Assembly: GCA_951406725.2 (NCBI GenBank)
Contig: OX597820.1
Location: 116,684,001-116,748,000 of the forward strand
Source of the DNA: Octopus vulgaris
Taxonomy: Eukaryota
DNA: 64,000 nucleotides
Direction of reading: 5' to 3'
Made by a program: the position numbers and the translations under genes. The notes beneath the pieces were generated by a model. The model was not told the DNA's origin. It did no database searches and saw only the letters and a program-made list of their open reading frames with translations. Positions 12,821-25,390 of the stretch are shown here, one piece after another (the first letter of the stretch is position 1; every line of letters begins with the position of its first letter).

Positions 12821-13234
12821 TAGGTGCAAGAGTGGCTGTGTGGTAAGTAGCTTGCTTGCCAACCACATGGTTCTGGGTTCATTCCCACTGCGTGGCACCT
12901 TGGGCAGGTGTCTTCTACTATAGCCTCGGGCCAACCAAAGCCTTGTGAGTGGATTTGCTAGACGGAAACTGAAAGAAGCCTGTCGTATATATGTATATAT
13001 ATATATATGTATGTGTGTGTTTGCGTGTGTGTTTGTAACCCCAACAGTGCTTGATAACCGATGCTGGTGTGTTTACGTCCCCGTCACTTAGCGGTTCAGC
13101 AAAAGGGACTGATAGAATAAGTACTAGGCTTACAAAGAATAAGTTGTGGGGTCAATTTGCTCGACTAAAGGCGGTGCTCCAGCATGGCCGCAGTCAAATG
13201 ATTGAAACAAGTAAAAGAGTAAAGAGAGAAAGAG
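12821..13234 (+). mobile_element. Family A SINE, full length
   Basis: Complete head, internal microsatellite and GTAAAAGAG tail. Confidence 0.92.
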
Positions 13235-13691
13235 CATGAATGTTTGGTAAATGGACATTAGACAAACTTTTATTTAGCTTCACAGACAAGACTGAACTGT
13301 TAAATTATATACAACTGTTTACATATATTACAAGCTTAATGTGCACGGGAATTGGGGGAGTAAACTCGTTAAAACAAAATTAGTCACCAGTACCAGGATG
13401 ATCACCAGCTGAGCCTTTTCCCTTCGACGCCTAGTTTTAATGATTTTTAATTATAAAAAATGCCAAATTTGCTCTACAACTTTGAACGGAGGACCTTGAA
13501 AATATATTGGCCAACACAGACACCCAACTACTGTACATTCTTGCAGAGCTCTTTCCACACAACTAACGATCTCAATGTTGCTGTAAATGCTAAATATCAA
13601 AATCTTAGATTATTCTTCATGAAGGTCACACACCAATAACATTGCTCAAAATGATCTTCCATAAAAATCAAAGTATGGCCCGTGTTAGATT

Positions 13692-13798
13692 AAGGCTATA
13701 GTAGAAGACACTTGCCCAAGGTGCCACACAGTGGGACTGAACCCGGAACCATGTGGTTGGTAGACAAGCTACTTACCACACAGCCACTCCTGCGCCTA
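13692..13798 (-). mobile_element. Family A SINE head fragment
   Basis: GGCTATAGTAGAAGACACTTGCCCAAG..CAGCCACTCCTGCGCCTA. Confidence 0.85.
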
Positions 13799-14508
13799 TG
13801 TTAGATTATTTCTCATACTTATGGTACACCTTCACCACCATCTCTCTCTTTATCTTTTTCTCTAACTTATTCACCTTTTTCTTCCAACTGGGGTATCCAT
13901 GTATCTATTCTACAGCAAGACACCTATCCTTGCCCCACTCTACCTTTAATCTCTCAAATGGCACAACGTCACCCCCACCTCAATACTATTCCCCATCGTC
14001 TAGCCAAGGACTTTTTGTCCAGCAAGTTGCTTGGTGACCTGTTGGTGATGGTGCCACATAAAAAGTACCCATTACACTCTGTAAAAGGGGTTGGTTTTAG
14101 GAAGGGCATCAAGCTGTAGAAACACTGCCAAAACAGACAATGAGGCCTAGTGCAGATCCCAGCTTTACCAGCTCCTGTCAAACCATCCATCCATCCATGG
14201 CAGTATGGAAAACAGACGTTAAATGATGATACCACTGATACACAGATATTCTATACTACAGCAGCCAAATGCCAAAATCCATTCAACCTATGGGCAAATA
14301 TTCTTTTAATCTCCACCCAAATCTGCTTGCTTCTCACTTCATCATTCCAACTATGTCTCTCCTACATCTCAGACACCAAAACCACACAACTACTTTGAAC
14401 ACCTTTAGCAATTATTTCTTCCCAAACTTGCAACTCTCTAAAATCACTTTCCTCTTAACATTTTTCCAGCAAAACTTTTAAAAAAAATTTTAAATAAAAA
14501 CAATCAAA

Positions 14509-14917
14509 GCGCAGGAGTGGCTGTGTGGTAAGTAGCTTGCTAACCAGCCACATGGTTCCGGGTTCAGTCCCACTGCGTGGCACCTTGGGCAAGTGTCTTC
14601 TGCTATAGCCCCGGGCCGACCAATGCCTTGTGAGTGGATTTGGTAGACGGAAACTGAAAGAAGCCTGTCGTATATATGTATGTATATATATATATGTATG
14701 TATGTGTGTGTGTGTTTGTGTGTCTGTGTTTGTCCCCCTAGCATTGCTTGACAACCGATGCTGGTGTGTTTACGTCCCCGTCACTTAGCGGTTCGGTAAA
14801 AGAGACCGATAGAATAAGTACTGGGCTTACAAAGAATAAGTCCCGGGGTCAATTTGCTCGATTAAAGGCGGTGCTCCAGCATGGCCGCAGTCAAATGACT
14901 GAAACAAGTAAAAGAGT
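14509..14917 (+). mobile_element. Family A SINE, full length, young
   Basis: CpGs largely intact; short AATCAA repeat on both flanks. Confidence 0.92.
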
Positions 14918-15258
14918 AATCAACTGACCAGCCTGAAGAGCCTCCAAAGGTTACAAAGTAGGTGCTGACCCTCTTCATTGACTAATAAAAAGAAAAAAAT
15001 TTATACAGGAATGGCATTCTCGAGACACTTCATGAAACAGAAGTCTTAGTGGTGACCCAATAAGCCGGCAAGAGCTACAAGAGTTCTTTCATTAAGAGCA
15101 GAGGAGGAAGTCATACTTCCTTTAATTATTTCTGCCGTAATTCTCCTCCACCTCCCTCCCTGATATATGATGGGAGTGTAGCAATGAAATGCATGCTGTG
15201 AACACACAAAAAAATGCCATAAAGTAACAATTTCAGGTTTGCCTCTTGTCTTGTCTCA

Positions 15259-15519
15259 GTTGTTGGACTATGGTCATGCTGGAGCATCCCCTTCAAAGTA
15301 TTTACTTTTTAAGTTTGGTCACTTATTCTATAAATCTCTTTTGCTGAACCACTGTGTTCAGAGGATGTAAACAAACCAACAACAGATGTTGTTGGACTAT
15401 GGTCATGCTGGAGCATCCCCTTCAAAGTATTTACTTTTTAAGTTTGGTCACTTATTCTATAAATCTCTTTTGCTGAACCACTGTGATAAGAGGATGTAAA
15501 CAAACCAACAACAGATGTT
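15259..15519. repeat. 129-bp tandem duplication inside an old family A SINE (about 15250-15720, minus)
   Basis: GTTGTTGGACTATGGTCATGCTGG..AACAGAT starts at 15259 and again at 15388; GTT microhomology at the junctions. Confidence 0.9.
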
Positions 15520-15907
15520 AAGCAATGGTGAGAGTCAAAGACACAGAGACTCACATATATATAACAGTCTTCCAAACAGTTTCTGTCTACCAAATTCACT
15601 CACAAGGCATTGGTGGGCCCAGGACTATAATAGAAGACACTTGCCAAGGTATCATGCATTGGGACTGAACCCAAAACCACATGGCTGCAAAGCATGCTTC
15701 TAAACCACACAGCCATGCCTACATCTAATTTGTTCAGAAATGTACTAAAACAATTATAGATCAATCGTTATACAAATTGAGAAAACAACTGGATATTAGG
15801 ACTATGTCTTGGTATGAGAGGTGAAAATTGGTGATACACAACCCAGCATCCATCTCCATCACACTACAAGTAGTAGAGGTAGACATCTGAGGAAAAGCAT
15901 CCCAGCT

Positions 15908-16588
15908 GTGTGCAGACAATTTGCTAATTGGACAATTGGCTGATTAGACAATAGATTGACAAGCGGAAGTATCGATCATGGAGTTCACTGAAACAGAATG
16001 AGGAATCAAAAAGCTTCTATACAAAGGGTATGCCCTATATTATTGATAGAACCAGAAAAGAAAAGTTTTCAATAGTCTCCCGAAAACCAACAACTCTCTA
16101 GAAAGGTGGCACCACACCTTCAGTAGAAGAGTTAACGTCCATCAACCTAACTTATCAAAATTAACTGAAAAGCTTAGGGTAGAACAGTCACACACCGAAA
16201 TGGTAATAGAACAGGCCATATCAGGGGTTGAAGTGGTAAGGAAAAGCAAAAAGTACATTCACCTTAAGGAAAGACTTAAAACCATTTTTTAAAAATTACA
16301 ACGATGAAGTTGGGTTGGAATTTTTAAGGGCTTGAGCCCATAATTGTATGTGATATTTTTATTTCTATTTGTAAGATTAACAAAATGTTTTGTTTTTTCA
16401 CATATGTCGACCTATTGTATGTAATATCTTTTTATAAATAAATTGTTTTTATTTGTAAGTCTAATAAAACTTTCTTGTAATTTTTACTTCGTTTTTTAAA
16501 AAAAAGTGTCGACATTGTCCTTTCGGCAAATTGTCCTATCTGTAAGTTGTCTTTGGGCCAACTGTCTGTCAATGAATTGTCTGTCTAC
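15908..16588 (+). mobile_element. Internally deleted MULE (Mutator-like) DNA transposon
   Basis: N-terminal MEFTETE*GIKKLLYKGY..YIIDR fused to C-terminal PKT-NSLERWHHTFSRRVNVHQPNLSKLTEKLRVEQ..FLRA*AHN; ends built of GACAA(T)/TTGTC repeats; degenerate TSD CATCCCAGCT/CATCCCGACT. Confidence 0.75.
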
Positions 16589-16830
16589 CATCCCGACTAT
16601 GACCATCACACCTTCTCTTGGGCATTGAATATTCAGAACTACATTACCCAATATATCATTTTTTTGTCTTCAAGTTGGTAGGATATTTTGAGGGAAATTT
16701 TGTTTATCATTCCTAGCAGATCAAACAGCATGTTTGATGGTAGCAGAAGCAGATATAAAGAAAGTAAGACTAAGGGAAGGGGAGAGGGGGCTGTTGGGTT
16801 AGGGTTTGACATTCCAAAAGGTTTAATTAA

Positions 16831-17504
16831 CCCTTCAACATTTACACCTGCCACACCTGGTCCAAATATTCTACTTGTTTCACCATCAAACAAACCAGAT
16901 CTGGCTTTTCACACCTACCCTACAATCTCATTCTACAAGTATACAATCATCATCATCATCGTTTAACATTCGCTTTCCATGCTAGCATGGGTTGGACGAT
17001 TTGACTGAGGGTTGGTGAACCAGATGGTTGCACCAGGCTCTAATCTTGATCTGGCAGAGTTTCTACAGCTGGATGCCCTTCCTAACGCCAACCGCTCCGA
17101 GAGTGTAGTGGGTGCTTTTACATGCCACCAGCACGGGGCCAGTCAGGCAGTACTGGCAACGACCTTGCTCGAATCTTTTTACACATGCCACCGGCACAGG
17201 TGCTAGTAAGGCAACGCTGGTAACGATCATGCTCGAATGGTGCCTTTTACGTGTCACCAACACGGAAGCCAGTTAGCCGCTCTGGCAACGATCATGCTCG
17301 GATGGTGCTCTTGGCACCCGACTAGCATGGGCACAAGTGCCAGTAAGGTGATGCTGGTAACGATCACACTCGAATGGTGCCTTTTATGTGCCACTGGCAC
17401 AATTGCATCATTGAAATCCCAAAGCTATGAGATAATGCATGGTTAGTTCAAAGCATGGTGAATAAAAATGTATTAAATATAACAGAGTAATCTGAATGCT
17501 AAGG
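16831..17504. mobile_element. piggyBac-type MITE interrupted by a family C element
   Basis: TTAA|CCCTTCAAC start, AATCTGAATGCTAAGG end; body matches 995-1654. Confidence 0.7.
16946..17400 (-). mobile_element. Family C element with about five internal 60-bp repeat units
   Basis: (CAT)n tail, CTGGATGCCCTTCCTAACGCCAACC, repeated TGCCAC(C/T)(A/G)GCAC..CTGG(C/T)AACGA units. Confidence 0.85.
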
Positions 17505-17859
17505 ATTCAGTTTCAGAGGTTCCAAAACCAAACCAGCAAAAGCAACGATGAATAAAGAGAAGATAACTGCGTAAAACAAATTCATCTAAATTAGTAAACC
17601 TTAAACTTGTCAGCCTCTATTTTTCTTTCCCATTGGACAAGTTACTGTATTTGATGACATAAAAGACTCTCAGGCATATTAGATACACTCCAATATCAGC
17701 AGCACAAATTCGGCAAAAGGTGTTTAGTGTCTTAAAGGTTGTAATGTAGGCCTAACTTTGCATAAAGGGACCAGGGTGACTTTTTGAGACTTTTTTTTCT
17801 CAAAGAGTGCATTTTGTATGCTACCAAATATGGGTAGTTTAGTAATCAGATGAACCAAT

Positions 17860-18070
17860 ATTGGTCTCAAATTTTGGTACAAGGCCTAGAAGAGGGGTAA
17901 GTTGATTACATTAACTCAAGTATTCAACTAGTACTTATTTTATCAATCCCAAAAGGATGAAAGATAAAGCCGACCTCGACAGAATTTGAACTCAGAACAA
18001 CAGAGACTGACGAAATGCAATTAAGCAGCTTTCCCTGGCATCCTAATGATTCTGCTGGCTCACTGCCTTC
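17860..18070 (-). mobile_element. Family B SINE, tail type B2, diverged
   Basis: AAAGGATGAAAG..GACCTCG..GAATTTGAACTCAGAAC..CTGCCTT. Confidence 0.75.
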
Positions 18071-19489
18071 AGACAAACCAATAGTGACCGACCACTTCTA
18101 AAACTAAATTATAGTTTTATTTAAGGTACTAAGATAGAACTTAAGAGAGTGCTGAGATGGCAGATATTTGTGGCAAGGTGAAAACACACAGCATTTTCTT
18201 CAGCTCATTAAAGATATTGATATCCAAGGAGGCTCAGATGAAAGCAGGTGGTTAAAATGATGATGATGGTGGTGGTGGCCATTAAGGTGACAATAACAAG
18301 GGGAAAATACAATGCAAATTGTTGATGCTAATCACACAAAGATTAACAGAAAGAAGATTTGGGTTTTAACTTTTTTTCTTTTTTTAGTCATTTCACTAAT
18401 TCCATGGATAAAAACATTAGCACCGATGCAAACAGAAATATAGACCTGCATACACAATTAGTGCCAATGTAGAACCATTAAGTAGAAAATTCATCTGACT
18501 AAAAAGTCTTTCAAAAATAAAAGAAAAATAACAAAATATTGATAAAGTTACAGATAACTGAATCTTTTTCATTTTTAAAAAATGGTTGATCAAGACTATT
18601 TTTATAGAACTTTTCTTCAAATGTACAAATTTTTCTATTTACAAAAATGCGGAGGGACATCACTCCCATTTGAAAATTAAATAATGGAAAAGAAAAAAAA
18701 GGAGGAATCTATGCACATCAAATTAGCTGTTCTTTCAAGGGAGGGGGGGATCTCTAAATGGTTTCTTTTTATTTTAGTAACTACCTTTCTAAGCAAATAG
18801 AAGCATCGGTTCAATTATTTATAGTACTGAATGATAATCATGGCCATTTATAGAGATGATTAGCAAGTTTCATACATGATTGTCTATAGTCTGTCTCAAA
18901 GTTGAAACTAGATTACGTTCTATCATATATTGTTTAGTTTACAAATTTAGTGAAAGGGTTAGGGTTAGGGAATGCGATAAAAGCATTTAAAGGATGTTGT
19001 GTTTGGCTAGTAATGTATTCAAAACCAGTTTATTCAAAAGCTTTATCAGTAAATAAAAAAAAAATATCAAAGGAGCAATCAATCATGTCACATAATACAT
19101 TAGTCACCATGGCAGAAAATGAAGATAGAGTAAATTATTGTTGTGTGTGCAATCTAGACGTACAATTACACCAATCTGAACAGTGTGGGAAAGCACGGAA
19201 AACATGGTGGTTCCTGTCTCTACCAATCCATCCCAGAATGTGTGTAAATCAGCCTGGAACAATCTTTTATACATAAATGATGGGCCAGAGAGTAGGATGA
19301 TCAGGAAGAGGTTGGGTTGGTGATAAAGGTCAGCTAGGTCAGGTGACCTCTTTAGTTACACTGGAAGCGTGGAATGAGGAGCAGCTGTGACATTGGTCCT
19401 ACAGCAGAATAAAAGTGAAAAGGAGGACAAGAGAGGTGGGAGTGGTGGGAGGTTGTAAAAAGCAAAACAAAATTTATTGCATTAAAAGT

Positions 19490-19855
19490 AAGGCACAGGC
19501 ATGGCTGTATGGAAAGAAGCTTGCTTCCAAACCACATCGTTCCAGGTTCATTCTCATTGCACTGCACCTTCGGCAAATACCTTCTACTATAAACCATGGG
19601 CCAAACAAACACATCTGAGTGAATTTGGTATGGGGGAAACTGAAAGAAACTCAGTATGTGTGTGTGTGTGTGTGTGTGTGTCTTTGTCCCCCACCACTGC
19701 TTGACAACCAGTGTTGGTGTGTTTACATCCCTGTAACTTAGCACTTCAGTATAAGAGTCCAATAAAATAAGTATCTGGCTATCACTTGAGTAAAAGTTCT
19801 TCAAGGCAGTGCCCCAGCATGGCCGCAGACTGTTGAGTGAAACAAGTAAAAGAAA
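19490..19855 (+). mobile_element. Family A SINE, diverged
   Basis: GGCACAGGCATGGCTGT head through CAGCATGGCCGCAG..GAAACAAGTAAAAG tail. Confidence 0.75.
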
Positions 19856-19946
19856 TAACAGCCACTGATTGAAACACAAATCTCAAGTTCATTATTTACA
19901 TTATTTACATTTGAAGGAATATTTGTCCTCATCTTGTTTGTTGTTA

Positions 19947-19990
19947 ACACAACGTTTCGGCTGATATACCCTCCAGCCTTCATCAGGTGT
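19947..19990 (-). ncRNA. Minimal type I hammerhead ribozyme motif (Penelope-type), core intact
   Basis: ACAC-CTGATGA-A-GGCTG(gagggtatat)CAGCC-GAAA-CG-TT-GTGT: stem I ACAC/GTGT, stem II GGCTG/CAGCC, palindromic AACGTT at stem III. Confidence 0.8.
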
Positions 19991-20069
19991 CTTAGGGAAA
20001 TTTTCGAACCTAGGTTCTCATTCCTAAGGTATTTTTCAATGTTGTTATTATTATTATTATTATTCAGAT

Positions 20070-20135
20070 CAATGCCTGGAATCGAACTCGGAATTTTGGG
20101 GTTAGTAGCCTGTGCTCTTAACCACTATGCCATAT
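20070..20135 (-). promoter_or_regulatory. tRNA-derived internal Pol III promoter
   Basis: A-box TGGCATAGTGG and B-box GAGTTCGATTCC at tRNA-like spacing; GGCT-ACT-AACC resembles an anticodon arm. Confidence 0.75.
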
Positions 20136-20193
20136 AATAATAACATCAAAAAATACCTTAGGAATGAGAACCCAGGTTTGAAATTTCCCCAAG

Positions 20194-20237
20194 GCACCTG
20201 ATGAACGCTGGAGGGCACATCAGCCAAAACGTTGTGT
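20194..20237 (+). ncRNA. Mutated second copy of the hammerhead motif
   Basis: GCAC-CTGATGA-A-CGCTG..CAGCC-AAAA-CG-TT-GTGT; GAAA changed to AAAA and one stem II mismatch, probably inactive. Confidence 0.65.
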
Positions 20238-20344
20238 TAACAACAAACAAGATGAGGACAAATATCCGTCAAATGTAAATAATTCCTCATCTCTTAAATA
20301 TAGAACTGTGAAATCTCAAGTTGTTTATCAGTTTGGAAGAACAG

Positions 20345-20695
20345 AAGTAATGACTGTGTGGTAATAAGATCACTTCCCAACCATATGGTTCTGGGTTCAG
20401 TCCCACCATGTGGCACCTTGGGCAGACCAAAGCCTTGAGAGTGAGTTTATTAGATGGAAACTGAAAGAAGCCTATATGTGAGTATGTCTGTGTTTGTCCC
20501 CCATCACTGCTTGATAACTAGTGTTGTGTTTATGTCCCTGTAACATAGTGGTTCAGCAAAAGAGACCAACAAAATAAGCACCAGGTTTTTAAAAAAAAAC
20601 AAAAAAACTACTAGAATCAATTCATTCAACTAAATTTTTTCAAGATGGTGCTCCAGCATGGCTGCAGTCTAATGACTGAAACAAGTAAAAGAATT
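20345..20695 (+). mobile_element. Family A SINE, diverged
   Basis: GACTGTGTGGTAA..GGTTCAGTCCCAC..GCTCCAGCATGG..GAAACAAGTAAAAG. Confidence 0.75.
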
Positions 20696-20815
20696 ACACA
20701 GCCACAGCCCAATGGCTGAAACTAGTACAAGAGTATACAACACAGAACTGAAGTTGTTTACCACTTTGAAAGAACAAAGCTAATTTGTTCTTTGAAACAA
20801 CAAATCACTAGAGCC

Positions 20816-20846
<31 letters not shown>

Positions 20847-22804
20847 GTGTGAGGTCACTGATACAAATAGAAAATACAGAACTGGGCCAAGTGCTGCACC
20901 TCACGTAAACCTATCTATAAATGATAACAGAGTTATTTTAAGTTTGAGCAACACTTTCATCTTTGGGTGATTTGATTTTATTCTATTTTCGCTGGTTTTT
21001 GTTTTGTTGTTGCCTGAAAACAGTAAAAAAAAAAACGGGTTCTAATCATGTTTTATATCATTTCCTGCATTTGTAAATAATATTTCATTAAATTGAACAA
21101 ATGAAATATTTAATGCAAACTATAAGCCACTTTGAGCAGATTATCTCTTCAATCAAATTATAATTTGGATCTCCTTCCCTCTCTTTCTCTCTCTCTCTCT
21201 CCCTCCTTCCCTCCTCCTGCTCTTAGCTTTTGAAAAGTTGCAATAATTTCTTTTATTTTATGAGTCAAATCACATGTCTATTCTTTTTCTGTCTTGTAAC
21301 TGGTAACCCCACTCATGCTGGTGCCTTGGAAAAAAAGCCCCAGTACACACTGTAAGATAACTGGCATTAAGAAAGGTACGCAGCCATAGAAACCATGCTA
21401 AATCTGACAGTGGGGTTCAGTGCAGCCCAGCAGCTCACCAGATCCTGTCTAACCATCCAGCCCAAGCCAACATGGATAGAAATGATGATCAACTATGAAA
21501 TGACAACCAGGTAGACTGAGGCAAAAAAGTTTACATAAGCCTTGCATAGGGTTCACAAAACTACACAAGGCCAGAAATTTCGGAGGAAGGAGAAGAAAGT
21601 CAATTACATCAACCCAAGTGCTAAACTAGTACTTACTTTATCAACCCCAAAATCGACCCTAGTGTCGTTTGAACTCAGGACATAAAGACCAAAGAAATAC
21701 TGCTATGCATTTTGTCCGGCCAGCTTGCTGCCTTGCATTAAGTTAATACCAAGACTTTAAAACTCATGACCTATATTGTTAAATAGCAAAATTATTTAAC
21801 TGAGTTGCATACATACATCTTTGTTGTTAGAAGTAAGCTATAAGCAGTAACTAGAAAAAATATCCAAACAGAAAACATTTGTAAATAGAACACTAAATTC
21901 GTTATCTCTCTTTTCCACAGACTTACACAGATAATTAATTAAATCTTAATGAGGAAGAAGAAAACTGTAAAACAGTAAATAACATTTGTTGTTGAGTTGA
22001 AACATTTGACAGTTTTCACTAATAACTTTTCAATGTTCTGGCATGAACAAGAAATTTATATTTTCTGACGTGTTGATGCTTGGAGGCAATTTACAGACAT
22101 TATTATTTCTAAGGGTCTGATACCATTAAATCCTAAAACCAAGTTTTCAGTCATGCAACTAAACCGATAATAACAATATGAGTCATTCTAAACAACTTAT
22201 CTCTCCTTTCTGCAAAATTACAAAGATAATTAATCCAATCCTAATCAGAAAGAAAATTAAAAATAGTTTTAAGACAGTTGACAGTTCTCATATCTCCATT
22301 TACTGGTTCATAAAAATAAATAAATAAATAACACTCCATATTATCTGAAGTCCTAATAACAATCAAAAGTCTAAGAGGAATTAACTAGATGCTACTTTTA
22401 GAAATGTAGGACAAGTAAATCTAAAAGAATTGGTTATAAACTACACACCAGAGTTAAAGGATTTCTTAATTTCGCACAAATTTTGGAGGAGAGGACTGCT
22501 TCCAATGGAATTCACCCCAGTTCTTGACAAGTATTTTACAAGGTCATGGCCTTTGTTCTGGTAAGCTTTTTGGTCTAGTACCCTCAATCAAGAGACCTTT
22601 GATGTGTGTCACCTGTTTCTCTTTCCTTAAAATGTTATTCCCAGGGAACTCGTTACCATTGCCTTATTTCCCCTCTGGTCTCCAGTCCTTTAAACTTTCT
22701 GTCATTCAACTTCTGATGAATTTGTAGGCCCCTTATTTTCACTCTTTGTTGTCCTTTACACTGCAGTAACCTCAAGCCTTGTTTGGGACAAAATCATAAA
22801 CCAT

Positions 22805-23007
22805 TTATCTTTTACTTGGTTTAGTCATTGGACTGCGAGCTTACCAGTGCACTACCAGCAAGAATTTCTAGTCAAGCAAATCAACTATTTTGTAAAGCCT
22901 AGTACTTGTTCTATCAATCTTTTTTTGCTGAACTGCTAAGTTACAGAGAAATAAACAAACCAACACCAGTTGTCAAGCAGTGATAGGGGACAAGCACACA
23001 CACACAC

Positions 23008-23043
<36 letters not shown>

Positions 23044-23429
23044 TTACACACACACATATAATTATATATATACACACAGATATAACTATATAACTATATA
23101 TATATTTATTTTATATTTTATATTTTATATTTAATTGTTGATAGGTTTATTTTAGTTTATATATTGTTTATATATTGATTATATATGGATTATATATAGG
23201 TTATATATGGATTATATATTTATATTTTTTCATTCATACTTTAATTATTTTAAAATTATTATTTGTATATTTTAAAATATTGATATTTTAGATTGAAGTC
23301 CACCTGAAGATTGTCGATCAAGACAAGAAACGATTGTAGTGGCGGTTTTTTTGACTATTTATTAAAATTTTATGTATTGATTAAGTCTTTCCTTGTTTGT
23401 TTTGCAAAATAGTGGTTTTGTCTCTAATA

Positions 23430-23471
<42 letters not shown>

Positions 23472-23544
23472 TATACTCAGGATAGGCTTCTTCCAGTTTC
23501 TATCTTCCAAATCTCCTCATAAGGCTTTGGTCAGCCTGAGGCTA
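22805..23544 (-). mobile_element. Old family A SINE carrying nested insertions
   Basis: Tail half 22805-23010, resumes at 23480-23544; head replaced by the maT element. Confidence 0.7.
23300..23342 (+). ncRNA. Minimal type I hammerhead motif in an AT-rich Penelope-like remnant (about 23060-23437)
   Basis: CCAC-CTGAAGA-TTGTC(gatcaa)GACAA-GAAA-C(gatt)G-TA-GTGG: all core nucleotides, perfect stems I and II, GUA cleavage triplet. Confidence 0.8.
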
Positions 23545-23546
23545 AA

Positions 23547-24396
23547 CAGGATGTGATATGTAAATTGTTGCCATTTAATATCTTTAATTTTGTGCATGTG
23601 CATTGTTTGCTTTTGTCAACTACACAGTATAGTAGGGTCAGTTGGGTACTGTCTGTGAGAAAAACAGCACCATGACACAATTTGCTTGGCATTTGCACAG
23701 GTAGCCCCAATATGATGTGCCAGAAGTGATCACAAGTGATGGTAACATTATACCTCCATTCATCTTCCCACACACCCTCAGACTCAACACAGAAGGCTAC
23801 ATCAAGTGCCTGGAGAAGGTAGTGCTTCCCTGGGTCAAGAGGGTGGCTGCTGGAAGACCCTATACCTGGCAACAGGACTCTGCACCATGCCACACAAGCA
23901 GGAGAACCCACTCATGGCTGTCAGACAATTTCTGCGACTACATCACCCCTAACATCTGGCCACCTAACTCCCCAGACTGCAACACCCTTAATTATTATGT
24001 GTGGGGTGCAGTTGAGCAAGAGACCAACAAAACTCCTTGTAACACCAAAGATGAACTGAAAGCAAAGATTATGGCAGCATTCACCAACTTAAACAAGGAG
24101 ACCACCCAAAAGAGTTGCAGGAGATTCTGAAGCTGTCTGGAGGCAATGGTTGAAGCCAACAGCAATTTTATTGAATAAATTTACTCTCTTTTACACTTTT
24201 ACTAGTTTCAGTCATTTAACTGTGGCCATGCTGGAGCACCGCCTTTAATCGAGCAACTCGGGACTTATTCTTTTGTAAGCCCAGTACTTATTCTATCGGC
24301 CTCTTTTGCCGAACCGCTAAGTAACGGGGACATAAACACACCAGCATCGGTTGTCAAGCAATGCTAGGGGAACAAACACACAAAAAAACACACACG

Positions 24397-24444
<48 letters not shown>

Positions 24445-24735
24445 TATATATGACGGGCTTTTTTCAGTTTCCGTCTACCAAATCCACTCACAAGGCTTTG
24501 GTCGGCCTGAGGCTATAGTAGAAGACACTTGCCCAAGGTGCCACGCAGTGGGACTGAACCCGGAACCATGTGGTTGGTAAACAAGCTACTTACCACACAG
24601 CCACTCCTGCGCCTAGTATATACTCTATAGTATTTCAAGATATTTCTATGTAAATTTGGTAAATATTCCTGTTAAAATGCAATGTGTGTGTTGTTTTCAT
24701 TTCTGTGTAGATTAGACGACAGTTTATTCATTGCA
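23547..24735 (+). mobile_element. Tc1/mariner maT (DD37D) deletion derivative
   Basis: ORF 23717-24130 has YTWQQDSAPCHTS..WPPNSPDCNTLNYYVWG; 37 residues separate the QQD aspartate from the last catalytic position (D to N here); imperfect TIR-like ends. Confidence 0.85.
24186..24615 (-). mobile_element. Family A SINE nested in the maT element
   Basis: Full reverse copy just after the transposase stop; TACTCT on both sides. Confidence 0.9.
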
Positions 24736-25124
24736 AAAGGATGGGATGACTACAGCTGGAATGAGTAATCTTTGGTTAGTGACACAAGTGTTACCTTATA
24801 TCTGCTTATCAAGTGATCAGTTTTTCATCTTTGCACATGACCAATGTACAATATCCTGTCTTACACACAGCTTTGGAATTATAAGGGGAGGAGGAAGAAT
24901 GTCTCAGAGTCAATTTACATATGAATTAGAAATATAATACTTATAACCAGGAATTAAAGACCAGTGATAGACTTGGCTCTCAAGACCAAACCCATCTTTT
25001 GGGATACTTGACAAAAATAGAAAAAAAAAAAAAATCGAGTACATTGTCATCAAACTTAAAGCAAAGCATCTTGTGTGTGTGTGTGTGTGTGTGTGTGTAT
25101 TAAACACACGTACACATATCCTCC

Positions 25125-25390
25125 TCATCACCATCGTTTAACGTCCGTTTTCCATACTAGCATGGGTTGGACGATTCAACCGGGGGTCTGGGAAGCCAGG
25201 AGGCTGCACCAGGCTGCAGTCTGATCTGGTAGAGTTTCTACAGCTGGATGCCCTCCCTAACGCCAACCACTCCGTGAGTGTAGTGGGTGCTTTTTACGTG
25301 CCACCGGCACAGGGGCCAGAGGAGGCTGGCAACGTCCACGATTGGTTGGTGCTATCATGTGCCACTGGCATGGACGCCAGTCAAGGCGGC
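25125..25390 (-). mobile_element. Family C element
   Basis: CATCGTTTAACGTCCGTTTTCCAT..CTGGATGCCCTCCCTAACGCCAACCACTCC plus two internal units. Confidence 0.85.

Larger units (their letters stand above)
19890..20310. mobile_element. tRNA-headed, hammerhead-bearing short retroelement inserted as an inverted pair
   Basis: Arms about 19900-20055 and 20135-20283 are reverse complements; Pol III head on minus 20135-20070; 12-bp TSD AAATCTCAAGTT at 19878-19889 and 20311-20322. Confidence 0.85.

Noticed and set aside
14929-14970. CAGC-CTGAAGA-GCCT(ccaa)AGGT..GCTG hammerhead-like string
   Set aside because: Has TACAAA where GAAA is required and no convincing stem III; may be chance
17100-17400. Repeat-spacer pattern resembling a CRISPR array
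   Set aside because: The spacers are homologous to each other, the array is internal to family C, the context is eukaryotic and there are no cas genes
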